A stretch of 64,000 nt of DNA, taken from positions 220,054 to 284,053 of the forward strand of contig NIVC01000785.1 in assembly GCA_002269645.1 (NCBI GenBank). The letters run 5' to 3'. The notes beneath the pieces were generated by a model. The model made no database searches. It was not told where the DNA came from and worked only from the letters and a program-made list of their open reading frames with translations. Positions 62,351 to 64,000 of this stretch are shown in pieces. The position numbers and the translations under genes are program-made. Source of the stretch: Macrostomum lignano. Lineage: Eukaryota. Every line of letters starts with the position of its first letter. Position 1 is the first letter of the stretch.

Positions 62351-63336
62351 CGTTGCGCCCAAGCATGATGATCTAGACTATAGTAGAAAAACAATATTGA
62401 AGAATGTTCCTAATATTATAATAGCCTTGCCAGATCTATAGCTATTAGAAAATGAGTTCTAGTGCCAGAACTCTAGCCAGTGCCATTATTTTTACTAGTA
62501 TAGCTATATGGGCTAAATAAACACTGTTATTTATACTAAACTATATAATTTTTTAATATATAGCCTCCAAGCTAAAATATAAATTTTCACATTTGAAGCT
62601 AGCTAGGACCAATCTCAAATGGGATTAGCCTAAGTCTAAGAAGCATAGCATAATAATCTATAAAGTACTACTACTGACAGTAGGCACAAGCGCTATAAAT
62701 AGGCCATGAAAGATGAGGCCCCTACTGCAAGTCCCTAAAGTAGAGTAGAAATGTTTGTATTTTGATTGATTTTAATGCAATGAAATAGTTTCTCCTATAT
62801 TAGATATATATTACCTTGTATGCTTATGACTATGTTCTAATAAATATAAAATGCTAGTACTAGTCATAATGATTATATTGGCTATTGAATGCTTAAAAAT
62901 CTAGCTCTTTTACTTTGAGTAGACTAGTGTAGTGAAAGTCCTTTTACTTGTCAATAATTAATTATTATATATAGCTAGAAGTAAATTTTATTAAAAGTAG
63001 TTTTGCAAATAAATAGGAGCCTAACTTTGCAATGCAATTACATATATTAGAAGCCTGCTTAGACCTGAAAGCCATATTTAATTTGGTAATTGTGATTTTG
63101 GTTTTAACATTTTACTGTAAGCATAGCCTTGCAACTTAGTATATAAAACGAGTCCATTACTAAAATTTGTTTGAATGAAGGGCTATTGCTATGCTTCCAG
63201 ATTTATACTTCTACACACATTTAAAGTACACTATTATGTGCCAGTGCATAACAACTTTTTAATGCATTTCAATGTCTTGTTTATATGCATGTAACAACCA
63301 ACTGTCCAGCCAACCAGACAGAGCCCAGTCATCTCC

Positions 63337-63678
63337 ATGGCAACCAGAGCTGGTGGTGATGCCACCTACTCGGTGAATGACAAGGCTAAGCCAGGCTTCA
63401 TTCGGGTCTCCTTTGACCTGCCAGGTCTGAAGAAGGGCCTGCTAGATGGCAGCAAAAATGCCAAGAAGACTAGCAATTCAACCCTGAATGTGTCAATCGC
63501 GCCTGGCTCAGCTCACTTTGGCAGCGTGTCAATCAAAGGCCAGACGAAAGGTCACGTGATTGAGTACCAGCTACGCGCTGATCCCTCCGAGCTGCTCGGC
63601 GCGTGGCTTGGCTCCCCGCCCAGCTACTATGAGGTTGAGCAGGGAGTCCTGAGGGTCTTTCTCAAGCTAGCTGATTGA
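63337..63678 (+). CDS. Small protein, possibly HSP20/alpha-crystallin-like fold
   Basis: GC-rich island in AT-rich DNA, ATG in CCATGG context; VSFDLPGLKK and EQGVLRVFLK resemble alpha-crystallin beta3 and beta9 motifs. Confidence 0.5.
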   Translation: MATRAGGDATYSVNDKAKPGFIRVSFDLPGLKKGLLDGSKNAKKTSNSTLNVSIAPGSAHFGSVSIKGQTKGHVIEYQLRADPSELLGAWLGSPPSYYEVEQGVLRVFLKLAD

Positions 63679-64000
63679 TTGGATTTTTAATGATAGGATG
63701 TGCAATTGTGTCTTTGAAATTAGCAGTTAGAAATTGCAAGCTAGCTAGACATTTATTGACCATATTCGTCGCTAGTAGATTTATGTTATTATTTCTGCTA
63801 TTAAGCGTCCATGAATATTATTGTATTTGTCATGCTTATCGGTTTATTAAAATATAAAGTTATTTTACTATGATCTATATTTATAAAATTTTGTTTGTCT
63901 GCTGTTTTGCCGCTAATAAAAATCAGTTGTTGCTGTATAATCGGCAAGTGATTTGCTTTTGTTTATTTATCCCAAACAAGCAAGGCTCGCTTCCACCGCC

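Overview
Animal genomic DNA with GC-rich exons in AT-rich, repeat-laden spacers. A flatworm such as Macrostomum is an unverified guess from the style. Three spliced genes can be rebuilt from splice sites and phase: (1) a TRIM-NHL gene of the mei-P26/nhl-2 type (minus, 977 to about 6.7-7.5 kb); (2) an orphan signal-peptide plus single-TM protein (plus, 25981-36587, 4 exons); (3) a BTB-Kelch gene resembling IVNS1ABP (minus, 40027-46552, 5 exons, one GC-AG intron). There is also a small HSP20-like ORF (63337-63678). Many introns are filled by their own minisatellite. The window holds many DNA-transposon MITEs with readable TIRs and TSDs, a tRNA-derived SINE family, two copies of one APE-RT LINE, and two LTR/PBS relics. 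The standout is an 8.1-kb foldback element (52697-60781, 8-bp TSD TGGACTGT). Its inverted arms are arrays of a 177-bp satellite, a LINE sits exactly at the polarity switch, and the whole is nested in another TIR element (52306-61080). Coordinates were read by eye; no alignments or database searches were run.
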